NCBI GenBank assembly: GCA_965247535.1
Contig: OZ252018.1
Coordinates: 885,046-949,045 of the forward strand
DNA: 64,000 nucleotides
DNA from: Dehalococcoidia bacterium
GTDB lineage: Bacteria; Chloroflexota; Dehalococcoidia; Lucifugimonadales; UBA2985
Reading direction: 5' to 3'
Part shown: piece after piece, positions 44,797 through 54,199 of the stretch
Layout of the letters: each line of letters starts with the position of its first letter
How positions within the stretch are numbered: the stretch's first letter is position 1
Position numbers and translations under genes: made by a program
The notes under the pieces: model-generated
Told to the model about the DNA's origin: nothing
Databases searched by the model: none
The model's input: the letters and a program-made list of their open reading frames with translations, nothing else

Positions 44797-46218
44797 ATGG
44801 CTATAAGGTTCGGAACTGACGGCTGGCGAGCAATCATCGCCGAGGACTTCACGTTTGAGAACGTGAGGCTTTGCACGCAGGGCGTGGTAAGATACCTGCG
44901 GCAGCAGGGTCTCGCTGAAAGAGGCCTCGTGGTCGGGTACGACACGCGCTTCGCCTCGGAGGACTTCGCGCTTGCGGTCGCGGAGACGGCGGCGGGCAGT
45001 GGGGTGAAGACGTTTCTCAGCGATCGCGCCGCTCCAACTCCCGTTGTCACCTACAACGTCATCGATCGAAACGCGGGGGGCGCCGTCATCATCACGGCCA
45101 GCCACAACCCTGCTCGCTGGAACGGCTTCAAGTTCAAGCCGGAGTACGCGGGCAGCGCTTCGCCGGAGATCACGGACGCCATCGAGAGGCTGATCGAGGA
45201 CGCATCGCGAGAGGCGAGCGCAGACGCCGTCCCGTGGGAGCAGGCGCGCTCTAGCGGTACGGGCGTGGACATCGATCCTTCGCCTGCGTACGTGAAGCAC
45301 GTCGGAAGCCTGGTCGACCTGGGGAGGCTGCGCAGCGCGGGTCTCAAGCTGGTGGTGGACCCGATGTTTGGCGCGGGCGCGGGCTACCTTCCATCCATCC
45401 TGGGCGGCGGCGCAACCACACTGCAGGAGATGCATGGCGACCGCAATCCGCTCTTTCCGGGTATTCGTCAGCCGGAGCCTGTGGCCGACAATCTCACGCG
45501 GCTGTGCGAGATGGTCACGGAGACGGGTGCCGACGCCGGCCTGGCCCTGGATGGTGACGCCGACAGGTTCGGGCTGGTGGACGAGCGGGGCCGCGTGATC
45601 AACCCGTTGCAGGTGTTCGCCATGCTGGCCCTCTACATGCTGGAAACGAGGGGCGACCGCGGCCCGATCGTCAAGTCGGCCACCACCAGCCGCATGCTCT
45701 ACCGCCTCGGCGAATTATTCGAGGTGCCCGTGCACGAGACGCCGGTTGGATTCAAGTTCGTGGGGCCCTTGATGGAGCGTGAAGGCGCGCTCATCGGCGG
45801 CGAGGAGAGCGGCGGCTATGGCTTCCGCGGCCACATTCCCGAGCGGGACGGCATCCTGAGCGCGCTGTTCATCCTGGACATGATGGTCAGGACCGGCAAA
45901 CGGCCGTCGGAGCTGCTCGACCACCTGTACGATCTTGTCGGACCCCACTTCTACGACCGCAACGACATACCCCTCTCGCCCGGGCAGCGCGAGGTTGTGG
46001 CAGTCCAGATCGGTTCAATCAGCCCCGACGCCGTGGCCGGCGTGAGGGTGGCGTCCAGCGACACCACGGACGGACGTCGCTTCGTTCTGGAGGACGGGTC
46101 GTGGGTGACCGTTCGATTGTCCGGCACGGAGCCGCTTGTCCGCATCTACGCTGAAGGGCCGAGCCCGGAGCGCGTGGAGGCGCTGCTTGCGGAGGCGCGC
46201 GGCCTGGTGGGCCTCTGA
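44797..46218 (+). CDS. phosphomannomutase/phosphoglucomutase
   Basis: 'FGTDGWRA', the active-site segment 'TASHNPARWNGFK' and 'DGDADR' are present. Confidence 0.9.
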   Translation: MAIRFGTDGWRAIIAEDFTFENVRLCTQGVVRYLRQQGLAERGLVVGYDTRFASEDFALAVAETAAGSGVKTFLSDRAAPTPVVTYNVIDRNAGGAVIITASHNPARWNGFKFKPEYAGSASPEITDAIERLIEDASREASADAVPWEQARSSGTGVDIDPSPAYVKHVGSLVDLGRLRSAGLKLVVDPMFGAGAGYLPSILGGGATTLQEMHGDRNPLFPGIRQPEPVADNLTRLCEMVTETGADAGLALDGDADRFGLVDERGRVINPLQVFAMLALYMLETRGDRGPIVKSATTSRMLYRLGELFEVPVHETPVGFKFVGPLMEREGALIGGEESGGYGFRGHIPERDGILSALFILDMMVRTGKRPSELLDHLYDLVGPHFYDRNDIPLSPGQREVVAVQIGSISPDAVAGVRVASSDTTDGRRFVLEDGSWVTVRLSGTEPLVRIYAEGPSPERVEALLAEARGLVGL

Positions 46219-47372
46219 TGGCTGGCGACGTCAACGCCGCGCTCGACGAACCGGGCCTCTACGAGAGGCTGGATCCCTCACGCCTGAGGGACCGGATCGG
46301 GGGACTGCCGCGCCAGTGCCTCCAGGCCTGGGAGAAGGGCCTCCGGTTCAGCCTGCCTCCGGACTATCGAAATGCGCGAAACGTCATAGTTGCCGGCGTG
46401 GGCGGCTCGGCCATTGGCGGCGAGCTGATGGCAGACCTCATGTCCAAGGAGGGCTCACCTCTGGTGACGGTGTGCCGCGACTACCACCTGCCTCCATATC
46501 TCAGTCCGGACTCGCTGGTCATCGCATCCAGCAACAGCGGCAACACGGAAGAGACCGTGGCAGCGTTTGAGGAGGCCCTGGAGAGGGGCGCAAAGGTGGT
46601 TGCGATCACGACCGGCGGTCGCCTGCTGCACCTGGCGGAGCGAGCGGGCGTGCCGGTGTTCCGCGTGGAGTACGAGGGCGAGCCCAGGACCGCCCTGGGC
46701 TACAGCTTCCTCGTACCGCTGGCCATGCTCCAGAACCTCGGCCTCAGCCCCAGTAGCGACGACGCTGTGCTGGAGGCGACCGAGGAGCTGTTCTCGCTGG
46801 GCCAAAGCCTGAGCCCTGAGACGCCCACGCACGACAATCCGGCTAAGGAACTGGCCGTGACCCTCCACGGCAAGATGATAGTCGTCTACGGCGGTGGCAT
46901 GCTTTGCGGAGTCGCACGGCGCTGGAAGACCCAGTTCAACGAGAACGCCAAGGCCTGGGCGTTCGTGGAGCTTCTTCCGGAGGCGGGGCACAACGCCATT
47001 GCCGGTCTCTGGTGGCCGCGTCCAATGGGGCGAAAGGTATGCGGAGTGCTGCTCAACTCGCTCAGTCTCCATCCTCGAATCAAGCTGCGCTACCAGGTGA
47101 TCCAGGACCTGCTCGCCAGGGCGGGGGTGCAGTGTCGCACCGTGGATGGCGTGGGCCAGAGCCACCTGTCGCAGATTCTCAGTTCGGTCATGTTCGGCGA
47201 CTTTACGAGTTACTACCTGGCGATGCTCAACGGCGAGGACCCGTCCCCGGTTCCGCCGCTGGACTACCTCAAGAACGTGCTGCGACGGTCAGCTGTTGAC
47301 GACGACGAGGCGTGGTCGACGCATGGGCCAGAGGCCGCGCCACCGGCTCGGAAGGAGAAGAGCGATGTTTGA
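46218..47372 (+). CDS. bifunctional phosphoglucose/phosphomannose isomerase (SIS domain)
   Basis: The SIS motif 'IVAGVGGSAIGGEL' and 'ASSNSGNTEET' are present. The arrangement with manC/PMM fits the PGI/PMI family. Confidence 0.75.
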   Translation: MAGDVNAALDEPGLYERLDPSRLRDRIGGLPRQCLQAWEKGLRFSLPPDYRNARNVIVAGVGGSAIGGELMADLMSKEGSPLVTVCRDYHLPPYLSPDSLVIASSNSGNTEETVAAFEEALERGAKVVAITTGGRLLHLAERAGVPVFRVEYEGEPRTALGYSFLVPLAMLQNLGLSPSSDDAVLEATEELFSLGQSLSPETPTHDNPAKELAVTLHGKMIVVYGGGMLCGVARRWKTQFNENAKAWAFVELLPEAGHNAIAGLWWPRPMGRKVCGVLLNSLSLHPRIKLRYQVIQDLLARAGVQCRTVDGVGQSHLSQILSSVMFGDFTSYYLAMLNGEDPSPVPPLDYLKNVLRRSAVDDDEAWSTHGPEAAPPARKEKSDV

Positions 47373-48693
47373 CGCCTTGTCCGAGAAGCTGAATGCCGTC
47401 TTTGGCCGTCTCACCGGGAAGGGCCGCCTGACAGAGCGGGACGTGGACGAAGGCCTCCGAGAGGTGCGCCTGGCCATGCTTGAAGCCGACGTGAACTTTC
47501 GAGTGGCGCGCGACTTCGTGCAGAAGGTCAGGGAGCGGGCTGTGGGCAGCGAGGTGCTTGAGCACCTGAGCCCGGGCCAGCAGATAGTCAAGATAGTCAA
47601 CGAGGAGCTTGTCGGTATTCTGGGCGGCGAGTCCTCACGCCTGAACGGCTCCGACCGGCCGCCGGCAGTCCTGATGCTGGTCGGCCTGCAGGGGTCCGGC
47701 AAGACGACAACCGCGGCCAAGCTGGCCCTCCACCTCAAGCGCGGAGGTCACAAAGTGCTGCTGGTGGCGGGCGACATGCGCCGGCCGGCCGCCGTGGAAC
47801 AGCTGGAGACGCTCGGCAAACAGCTGGACGTTGCGGTGCACAGCGTAGCCGGAGCCACTGCTCTACAGGCGTGCCGCAGCGGCCTGCAGAAGGCAGCCGA
47901 CACGGGCGCCACGTGGGTGATCCTTGACACCGGCGGCCGCCTCCACGTCGACGACGAGATGATGGAGGAGCTGGAGGAGATCAAGGAGGTCGTTTCCCCC
48001 CACGAAACGCTGATGGTAGTGGACGCCATGACGGGGCAGGATGCGGTGAACTCCGCGCAGTCGTTTCACGCTCGCATTCAGCTAACCGGGCTGATAATGA
48101 CCAAGCTGGACGGCGACGCAAGGGGAGGAGCGGCGCTGTCCATCACTCAGGTGACGGGGCTGCCAATCAAATTCATCGGCACCGGCGAGAGGACGGGTGC
48201 GCTGGAGGCGTTCCACCCTGACCGGATGGCGTCGCGCATCCTCGGCATGGGCGACGTGTTGACTCTGGTGGAGCGAGCTCAGGAGTCCATCGACGTGGAG
48301 CGGGCCAAGGAGCTGGAGCGCAAGCTGAGGCGGGCAACCTTCAACCTGGACGACTTTCTCGAGCAGCTGCAGCAGGTAAACCGCATGGGGCCAATCAGCC
48401 AGGTGCTGGAGATGATCCCGGGCTTCTCGTCCCTTTCGAAACGGATGTCACCGGAGGAGCTGGACGGCAAGCACTTGAAGACCTTGGAAGCGATCGTTTA
48501 CTCCATGACGCCCAGGGAGCGGCGCAGTCCTGAGATACTCAACGGCAGTCGTCGCAGGCGGATTGCGAAGGGCAGCGGTACATCGCCTCAGCAGGTGAAC
48601 CAGCTGCTGAACCAGTTCCGGCAGATGCAGAAGGTGATGAAGCAGGTGTCGTCGGGCAGGGTGCCCCGGAACATGAGGGGCCTGCTCGGCTAG
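47365..48693 (+). CDS. ffh: signal recognition particle protein Ffh
   Basis: 442 aa starting at MFDALSEKL, with 'GLQGSGKTTT', 'DTGGRL' and 'TKLDGDARGGAALS', plus a Met-rich M domain. Confidence 0.95.
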   Translation: MFDALSEKLNAVFGRLTGKGRLTERDVDEGLREVRLAMLEADVNFRVARDFVQKVRERAVGSEVLEHLSPGQQIVKIVNEELVGILGGESSRLNGSDRPPAVLMLVGLQGSGKTTTAAKLALHLKRGGHKVLLVAGDMRRPAAVEQLETLGKQLDVAVHSVAGATALQACRSGLQKAADTGATWVILDTGGRLHVDDEMMEELEEIKEVVSPHETLMVVDAMTGQDAVNSAQSFHARIQLTGLIMTKLDGDARGGAALSITQVTGLPIKFIGTGERTGALEAFHPDRMASRILGMGDVLTLVERAQESIDVERAKELERKLRRATFNLDDFLEQLQQVNRMGPISQVLEMIPGFSSLSKRMSPEELDGKHLKTLEAIVYSMTPRERRSPEILNGSRRRRIAKGSGTSPQQVNQLLNQFRQMQKVMKQVSSGRVPRNMRGLLG

Positions 48694-48705
48694 GCTGCGC
48701 GTCGA

Positions 48706-49533
48706 TCAGTTGCGCAGCAGCAGGCCCGGCTGGCACCTGCGGCAGAAGTTGGTGAGCCTGCGGTTGGCGCCTATGGTGGTGACAGGGCCGCCGCATCGAG
48801 GGCAGGCGCCACCGCTCCGTCCGTGCACCGCAAGGAAGTCCCTTACTTTCATGTGTGTCTCGTCGCCTATGCGCTCGCGCAGCATGGCTATGGCGTGGTT
48901 CAGCACGGCGGGGATGGCCTCGTGCAGGTGCGCCGTATCGCTGTCCGACAGGGCGGAACGCTTCTTGAACGGGAAGATGCCTGCGGAGAACAGCGTTTCG
49001 TCGGCGTAGGCGTTGCCGATGCCAGCGAGGAACCGACCCCGCGTGAGCACCCCCTTGATCTCGCCCTGGAAGCGGCGCAGGCGCTCACGGAACTCCGTCA
49101 GGTCCGGGTACTCGTAGAGCACGTCCGGGCCCTGCTCGGCGAGGCGTGGGACCTCCTCAATGCGCGACGCGTTCACATAGTAGGCCATGCCCATTTGCGT
49201 GTCGTCCAGATAGCGCAGCTGGCTGCCGTCCGCGAGGTCAAGCAGGAAGGAGGTGCGCTTCGCGACGCGGGTTGATGGCGCGCACAGCTGAAATGCGCCG
49301 GTGAGCATGGGGTTGATCACCAGGGCCCGGTCGCCGGACAGGTCGGCGATGAGAAACTTGCCCCTGCGCGTGAAGCACTCGACGGAACGCGACGTCACGT
49401 CGCTCACGAAGTCTTCAGTGGCAAGGACTCGAAGCTCCAGGGGCTTGAGGACGCGGGCGTTTGTGACCGCCAGGCCGCGGACGCGGCGGTTGAGCACGTC
49501 CTTGATGACCTCCAGGTCCGGGGCTTCAGGCAT
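48706..49533 (-). CDS. mutM: Fpg/Nei family DNA glycosylase (formamidopyrimidine-DNA glycosylase-like)
   Basis: The N-terminus is 'MPEAPDLEV'. H2TH 'GIGNAYADETLF' is present. The C-terminal zinc finger is 'CPRCGG....FCRRCQ'. Confidence 0.85.
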   Translation of the reverse strand: MPEAPDLEVIKDVLNRRVRGLAVTNARVLKPLELRVLATEDFVSDVTSRSVECFTRRGKFLIADLSGDRALVINPMLTGAFQLCAPSTRVAKRTSFLLDLADGSQLRYLDDTQMGMAYYVNASRIEEVPRLAEQGPDVLYEYPDLTEFRERLRRFQGEIKGVLTRGRFLAGIGNAYADETLFSAGIFPFKKRSALSDSDTAHLHEAIPAVLNHAIAMLRERIGDETHMKVRDFLAVHGRSGGACPRCGGPVTTIGANRRLTNFCRRCQPGLLLRN

Positions 49534-49629
49534 AGGTCAAATCACGATGAGAAGGGCTTGCGCTTCGCTTTGATGCCGGCCGTCCGGCGCGGGAATGCCT
49601 GCGGGAAATCGGTAGTGGACTCGGACGCG

Positions 49630-50529
49630 TCAGTTCTGGCTGAACTGATCTCCGAGCTGCTCCAGGAAGTCCTGGACTTCCGGCGAAAGCTCTGACATCT
49701 GTTCCGTGCGGCCCTCACGCAGCTGACTGACACGCTCATCGTACTGACGCTCCAGCTGCTGCACCAGGCTGCGGACCTCCGGGTTGCGTTCCATGGCTGA
49801 CTTGAGCTCCTCCTGCTGCTGACCAGCCCGCAGTTTCACCCGGTCCAGGTCCATGTCAAGGTCGTAGAGGTCGCAGAGCAGCTCCAAGATTCGCAGCCGG
49901 CCTACGTGGTCGACGTCCATCTGTGCGTACTGGGGCAGGTGCGCGATCAGCCCCATGGTCTCCGCTCCTATATTCAGGACCTCCTGCGACACCAGGGAGG
50001 CGATGCTGGTTGGCCCTTCGTAGCTGCTGGAGTGGACTCCAAGGCTCCGGACTCGGCTAAGCGTGTCCTCGCCGGAGGCTGCGCCGGTGACCATGATGGG
50101 CTTGGTGTGCGGCACAAGGTCGTACATCGAGCCCACCAGGCAGTAACGCCTGACGTCGAGCTGCTTGAGCAGGTTGGCAACGGAGTGAACGAACCCCTCG
50201 CCGTTGAGGTGCGGCTCCAGAAGGTGGAGGAAGATGAAATCGTGGTCTCCGTCGCCGCGTGCGTATCGAACGTTGACCGTGGGCACCGTGACCTGCCGCT
50301 GGCCGTCGACGGTATGAATCGTTGGGCGGTATCGGGTGAAGTCGAAGAAGACGCCGGGTCTCGCGAGCTTGGCAAGGTCTCTGGCCTGGAAGTGGCGCTC
50401 CAGGCTGCGAAAGGTGAGGCGGCCCACGCTTCCTACGTCGACCCAGGGACGGAGAGTGGCTAGCGCGTGGGGCTCTCTCAGCTCCGGTAGGGGTCCTTCC
50501 AGCTCGAATGCACCGAGTCTCATGGCCAT
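49630..50529 (-). CDS. PAC2 (proteasome assembly chaperone 2-like) family protein
   Basis: 'PWVDVGSVGRLT..', 'DFIFLHLLEPH' and 'LVGSMYDLVPHTKP' have the PAC2/COG2047-type layout. Confidence 0.7.
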   Translation of the reverse strand: MAMRLGAFELEGPLPELREPHALATLRPWVDVGSVGRLTFRSLERHFQARDLAKLARPGVFFDFTRYRPTIHTVDGQRQVTVPTVNVRYARGDGDHDFIFLHLLEPHLNGEGFVHSVANLLKQLDVRRYCLVGSMYDLVPHTKPIMVTGAASGEDTLSRVRSLGVHSSSYEGPTSIASLVSQEVLNIGAETMGLIAHLPQYAQMDVDHVGRLRILELLCDLYDLDMDLDRVKLRAGQQQEELKSAMERNPEVRSLVQQLERQYDERVSQLREGRTEQMSELSPEVQDFLEQLGDQFSQN

Positions 50530-50564
50530 ATGTTACCACACAAGAGGATGGGGGCGGGTTGAAG

Positions 50565-50595
50565 CCGCCCTCCTCCAGAAACCGGAGGAGGGCGG
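50565..50595. terminator. hairpin downstream of sodN
   Basis: CCGCCCTCCTCC-agaaacc-GGAGGAGGGCGG: a 12-bp perfect stem, 20 nt after the sodN stop. Confidence 0.4.
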
Positions 50596-50614
50596 GCGCA
50601 CGTGTCAGTGGGGC

Positions 50615-51109
50615 CTAGGTGCCGTAGCGGGCGGCGGCGTTAGGGTCGCTGTACTCGACGCCCTTGGTGGCCCAGAAGGCGGTGGCGATATTGTCCACCG
50701 CGGCCACCAGCTCTTCGCAGGCGGCCATATCCACCGTCTGGCGGCAGCGACCGGCCAGCTTCAGCGCAGAGTTGAAAGAGCCGTGCAGATCAAACCCTTC
50801 CGGCAGGTTGGGCCAGCCGTAGTCGGCCCAGAGGATACGAAGCTCGTGCTTGCAGAGCTCGGCGTGATCATCCTTGACCTTTATGTAGCGGGCCATGGAG
50901 TTGGCGAAGGCTGCGTGGTCGTCGCCCTCCTGCAGCGCCTGCATCCGCAAGACCATCTTCTGGACGGTCTGAGCCGCTATCTTGGCCGCGATGGGATCGT
51001 AGATGCCGCAGGGGATGTCGCAGTGGGCGTAGGCCTTCTCGGATGGCAACGCTCTCACCATTGCGCTCACGGCTCGTCTGAACACAGACATGGAAGTACC
51101 TCCTGACAA
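50615..51109 (-). CDS. sodN: nickel-containing superoxide dismutase precursor
   Basis: The Ni-hook 'HCDIPCGIYDP' is preceded by a cleavable N-terminal propeptide ('...SEKAYA'). Confidence 0.9.
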   Translation of the reverse strand: MSGGTSMSVFRRAVSAMVRALPSEKAYAHCDIPCGIYDPIAAKIAAQTVQKMVLRMQALQEGDDHAAFANSMARYIKVKDDHAELCKHELRILWADYGWPNLPEGFDLHGSFNSALKLAGRCRQTVDMAACEELVAAVDNIATAFWATKGVEYSDPNAAARYGT

Positions 51110-51242
51110 GTGTGGTGGTTCGCCGCTATAGTCTAAAGCAATTGGGACGCGCTGCCAAGGGGTGCGGGACTCTCTGCAGAATCGGCTCGCAGGGTGTAGA
51201 ATGGCACCGGGCGGCTACCACGCCCTACGTGGAGGTTCAAGA

Positions 51243-52037
51243 ATGGGAACAGCGCGACGATTCCTGCTGGGGCTGCCTCTCGCAGTCCTGCTGGTGCTGG
51301 CGGTCGCCTGCGACACGGGCGACGCCGACACAACCAACGCGGAGGCGCTCGCGCAGCTCGGAGGAGGACCGCAGGGCATCCAGGTCACCGGCAACGGCAC
51401 GGTTGCGATCGTACCGGACGTGGCTCTGCTGACGCTGGGAGTGGAGACAATGGCGGACAGCGTCGCCGAGGCTAGGGGAGAGGCGGCCGCCGCTCTGACC
51501 GCCATCGTCGATGCGCTTCGGGCCAAGGGCATAGAGGAACGCGACATTCAGACCAGCTATCTCAACATTTCTCCGGAATACAGCTACCAGGAGATAGTTC
51601 GGGAGGGCGCCCGCTTCAGTGAGCGGGTCCTGTTGGGCTATCGCGTGAACAACAACCTGGTGGTGAAGGTGCGAGATCTGGACGCCGTGGGCGAAATTGT
51701 AGATGAGGCGGCGCAAGCGGGGGGCGATGCCACCCGCGTGGACCACTTGCGGTTCAGCGCGGAGGATACCTCGGAGGCACGGCGCGAGGCGAGAGAAATG
51801 GCCGTCATGGACGCGATCGAGAAGGCAGACCAGATTGCCTCCCACGCCGGCGAGACCAGGGGCCAACTGCTCAACGCTTCCGAGAACTTCGACAGTGGGC
51901 CGGAACCCTTTGGCCTGGCCAGGGTCTACGCCTACGACTCGTTTGCGATGATGGAGGAAGCTTCCACCCCGGTGAGCACCGGAGAACTGGAGATCAGGGT
52001 CAGCGTATACGCGGTCTTCGCGATCGAGGGCCGGTAG
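51243..52037 (+). CDS. SIMPL/DUF541 domain lipoprotein
   Basis: A lipobox 'LVLAVAC' follows a short signal peptide. 'GNGTVAIVPDVALLTLGVE' and 'TGELEIRVSVYAVFAI' are typical of SIMPL. A GGAGG SD lies upstream. Confidence 0.8.
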   Translation: MGTARRFLLGLPLAVLLVLAVACDTGDADTTNAEALAQLGGGPQGIQVTGNGTVAIVPDVALLTLGVETMADSVAEARGEAAAALTAIVDALRAKGIEERDIQTSYLNISPEYSYQEIVREGARFSERVLLGYRVNNNLVVKVRDLDAVGEIVDEAAQAGGDATRVDHLRFSAEDTSEARREAREMAVMDAIEKADQIASHAGETRGQLLNASENFDSGPEPFGLARVYAYDSFAMMEEASTPVSTGELEIRVSVYAVFAIEGR

Positions 52038-52055
52038 GTACGGAGCGAGGTCGAC

Positions 52056-52538
52056 TTGCTGGCGGCGATGCGCATCCTGCACAAGGCGGCGGCTGTGTTG
52101 GCCTCGCGGAGGGTGGAAGTTGTCGGCATGAGCATGTATCCCACGCTCGCGCCTGGAGAGTACGTGCTCTGTGATCGCTTCGCCTACCGGAGTGGCCCGC
52201 CGCGGCGGGGTGACGTGGTGCTGGCTCGCGGCCTCACCGATGTAGGCAACACGGTGGTCAAGCGCGTTGTGGCGGTGCCGGGAGACAGGGTTGAGGTCGA
52301 TAATGGGGCGCTACTGGTGAACGGCATGACCGCGCGTGAGTCCGCCTTTTCGGAGGCGTGCGGCTCGTGGGCATTGGGTGAAGACGAGTGGTTCCTCCTT
52401 GGCGATGCCATGGACGTAAGCACGGACAGCCGCGCCTTCGGCCCTGTACCGAGGCGCGCGATCGAGGCGCGGGCGTGGCTGGTGTGCTGGCCCGTGGCGC
52501 GGTGGCGCAGGATATGCGGCGAGGTTTGCGATGAGTAG
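52056..52538 (+). CDS. sodX: S26 signal-peptidase-like NiSOD maturation protease
   Basis: 'GMSMYPTL' (catalytic Ser), 'VVKRVVAVPGD' (Lys) and 'LGDAMDVSTDSRAFGPV' are present, close to sodN. Confidence 0.8.
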   Translation: MLAAMRILHKAAAVLASRRVEVVGMSMYPTLAPGEYVLCDRFAYRSGPPRRGDVVLARGLTDVGNTVVKRVVAVPGDRVEVDNGALLVNGMTARESAFSEACGSWALGEDEWFLLGDAMDVSTDSRAFGPVPRRAIEARAWLVCWPVARWRRICGEVCDE

Positions 52539-52914
52539 TCGGGCGACGCGCTGGGTGGTCTACTACGACGGCGAGTGCGCCATGTGCGAGACCGCGAGGC
52601 GCTGGCTGTCCAAGCTGGACTTGACGCGCAGCGTAGATTGGACTGCGTACCAGTCTCTGCGGCAACCCCCTAGAGGCCTTTCGTGGCCGGACCTGGAGAG
52701 CGCGGTGTGGCTGGACACCGGCAGCGAACAACCTGTCCGCGGCTTCTATGCGTTCCGCATGCTGGCCCTCAGGCTGCCGCCGCTCACGGCCCTTGCGCCG
52801 GCGCTGTGGCTGCCAGGCATGGGTCGCGTGGGCGAGTGGGCGTATGGCTGGGTGGCGCGAAACCACTGCCGTCTTTCGAGCTGTCTCGTTCGGAATGGGG
52901 GACGGCGCGCATGA
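52531..52914 (+). CDS. thiol-disulfide oxidoreductase DCC family protein (DUF393)
   Basis: 'VVYYDGECAMCE' is the DCC CxxC motif. The gene overlaps the sodX stop by 8 nt. Confidence 0.75.
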   Translation: MSSRATRWVVYYDGECAMCETARRWLSKLDLTRSVDWTAYQSLRQPPRGLSWPDLESAVWLDTGSEQPVRGFYAFRMLALRLPPLTALAPALWLPGMGRVGEWAYGWVARNHCRLSSCLVRNGGRRA

Positions 52915-53627
52915 CTACCGGCGGGCGGGACGTTTCGATTGTGGTTCCCACCTACAACGAGCGGGACAACGTGGAGGCCCTGTGCCGCGGCCTCAGGGAG
53001 GCGCTGGAGCCGTCGTGGAACTACGAGATCATATTCGTGGACGACAACAGCCCGGACGGCACCTACGACGTGGTGCTCCGTCTTGGGGAGGAGGACCCGC
53101 GGGTGCGACTGATTCGACGGCCAGGCAAGCTGGGGCTGGGCAGCGCGGTGTCGGATGGGTTCGCGCAGGCCGTCGGTGACTACTGGGTGATGATGGACGC
53201 CGACCTTTCGCACAGACCGGAGGACCTGCCGGGCCTGCTGGCACACCTCGCGGACGCGGACATTGTGGTGGGATCGAGGTATATTCCGGGCGGTGGCGTT
53301 GTCAACTGGCCTCTGTGGCGCAGGGTGGTCAGCCGAGGCGCTTCGGCGATGGGACGGCTGATAGTGGGGCTGCACGTGCGTGACCTGACCTCGGGCTTCG
53401 GCGCATTCCGTCGTGACCACATGGAGCAGCTGCTGCCCACGCTCAGCCCAAAGGGTTTCAAGCTGCTTCTGGAGATCATCGCCAAGAGCCGCGGGGCGAG
53501 GGTCAAGGAGACGCCGATCACGTTTGTGGACCGGCGGTACGGTAGGTCCAAGGCGTCGGCAGGTGAGGCGCTGCTGTTTCTGCGCCTGTGCTTCCAGCTG
53601 CGGGGCGGAAAGCAGGGCGGAGCGTAG
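52911..53627 (+). CDS. polyprenol-phosphate mannosyltransferase (GT2, DPM1-like)
   Basis: 'VSIVVPTYNERDN', 'IIFVDDNSPDGT' and 'MDADLSHRPED' are present. The gene is ATGA-coupled to the DCC gene. Confidence 0.85.
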   Translation: MTTGGRDVSIVVPTYNERDNVEALCRGLREALEPSWNYEIIFVDDNSPDGTYDVVLRLGEEDPRVRLIRRPGKLGLGSAVSDGFAQAVGDYWVMMDADLSHRPEDLPGLLAHLADADIVVGSRYIPGGGVVNWPLWRRVVSRGASAMGRLIVGLHVRDLTSGFGAFRRDHMEQLLPTLSPKGFKLLLEIIAKSRGARVKETPITFVDRRYGRSKASAGEALLFLRLCFQLRGGKQGGA

Positions 53628-53702
53628 GCGGACGCCGCTTCGTGTCCCCCGGACCGCCGTGGTCCAGTGCTTTGGTTCTTGGGCCGAGGCCAGCCCGCGA
53701 AA

Positions 53703-53748
53703 ACGCATCAGTCCCTTCACCCGGCCGCGAGTGAAGGGACTGATGCGT
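53703..53748. terminator. 18-bp perfect hairpin between the convergent GT2 and glnK genes
   Basis: ACGCATCAGTCCCTTCAC-ccggccgcga-GTGAAGGGACTGATGCGT. Confidence 0.55.
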
Positions 53749-53789
53749 GTGGAGGGCGTTGTCCCTGGTGGCGGGAGGACATTGCCCAG

Positions 53790-54143
53790 CTAGATTGCGA
53801 CTTCGCCCCGCTCTCCGGTCCTGACGCGAATCACGTCGGAAATCGCAGTCACGAAGATCTTGCCGTCGCCGATGGCGCCCTCGCCGGGGCTCCTGGAATT
53901 GTTGATGATGGCCTCGATGACCGCTTCCAAGAGCTCGTCCGGGATGACGGTAGTGATCAGCGTCTTGGGTACGGCCGCTCTTGTGACCATCTGGCCGCCG
54001 CGTCCCGTGAACACCTCCACGCCTCCCTGCCTGCCCTGGCCGGTGATGTTGGTGTAGTGATAGCCGGTGCAGCCCGCCGCGTCCAGAGCCGGGGTTACCT
54101 GGCTTATCCGCTCCGGTCTGATGATGGCTTCAACCTTCAGCAT
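53790..54143 (-). CDS. glnK: P-II nitrogen regulatory protein (GlnK-type, atypical T-loop)
   Basis: 'KVEAIIRP', 'GQGRQGG' and 'GDGKIFV..VIRVRTGE' are present. The gene lies directly downstream of amt. Confidence 0.9.
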   Translation of the reverse strand: MLKVEAIIRPERISQVTPALDAAGCTGYHYTNITGQGRQGGVEVFTGRGGQMVTRAAVPKTLITTVIPDELLEAVIEAIINNSRSPGEGAIGDGKIFVTAISDVIRVRTGERGEVAI

Positions 54144-54199
54144 GAGATCCTCCTTGGATTGGACCGCGTAACTTTGCGATCAGAGTTATGTGTTCCTGG

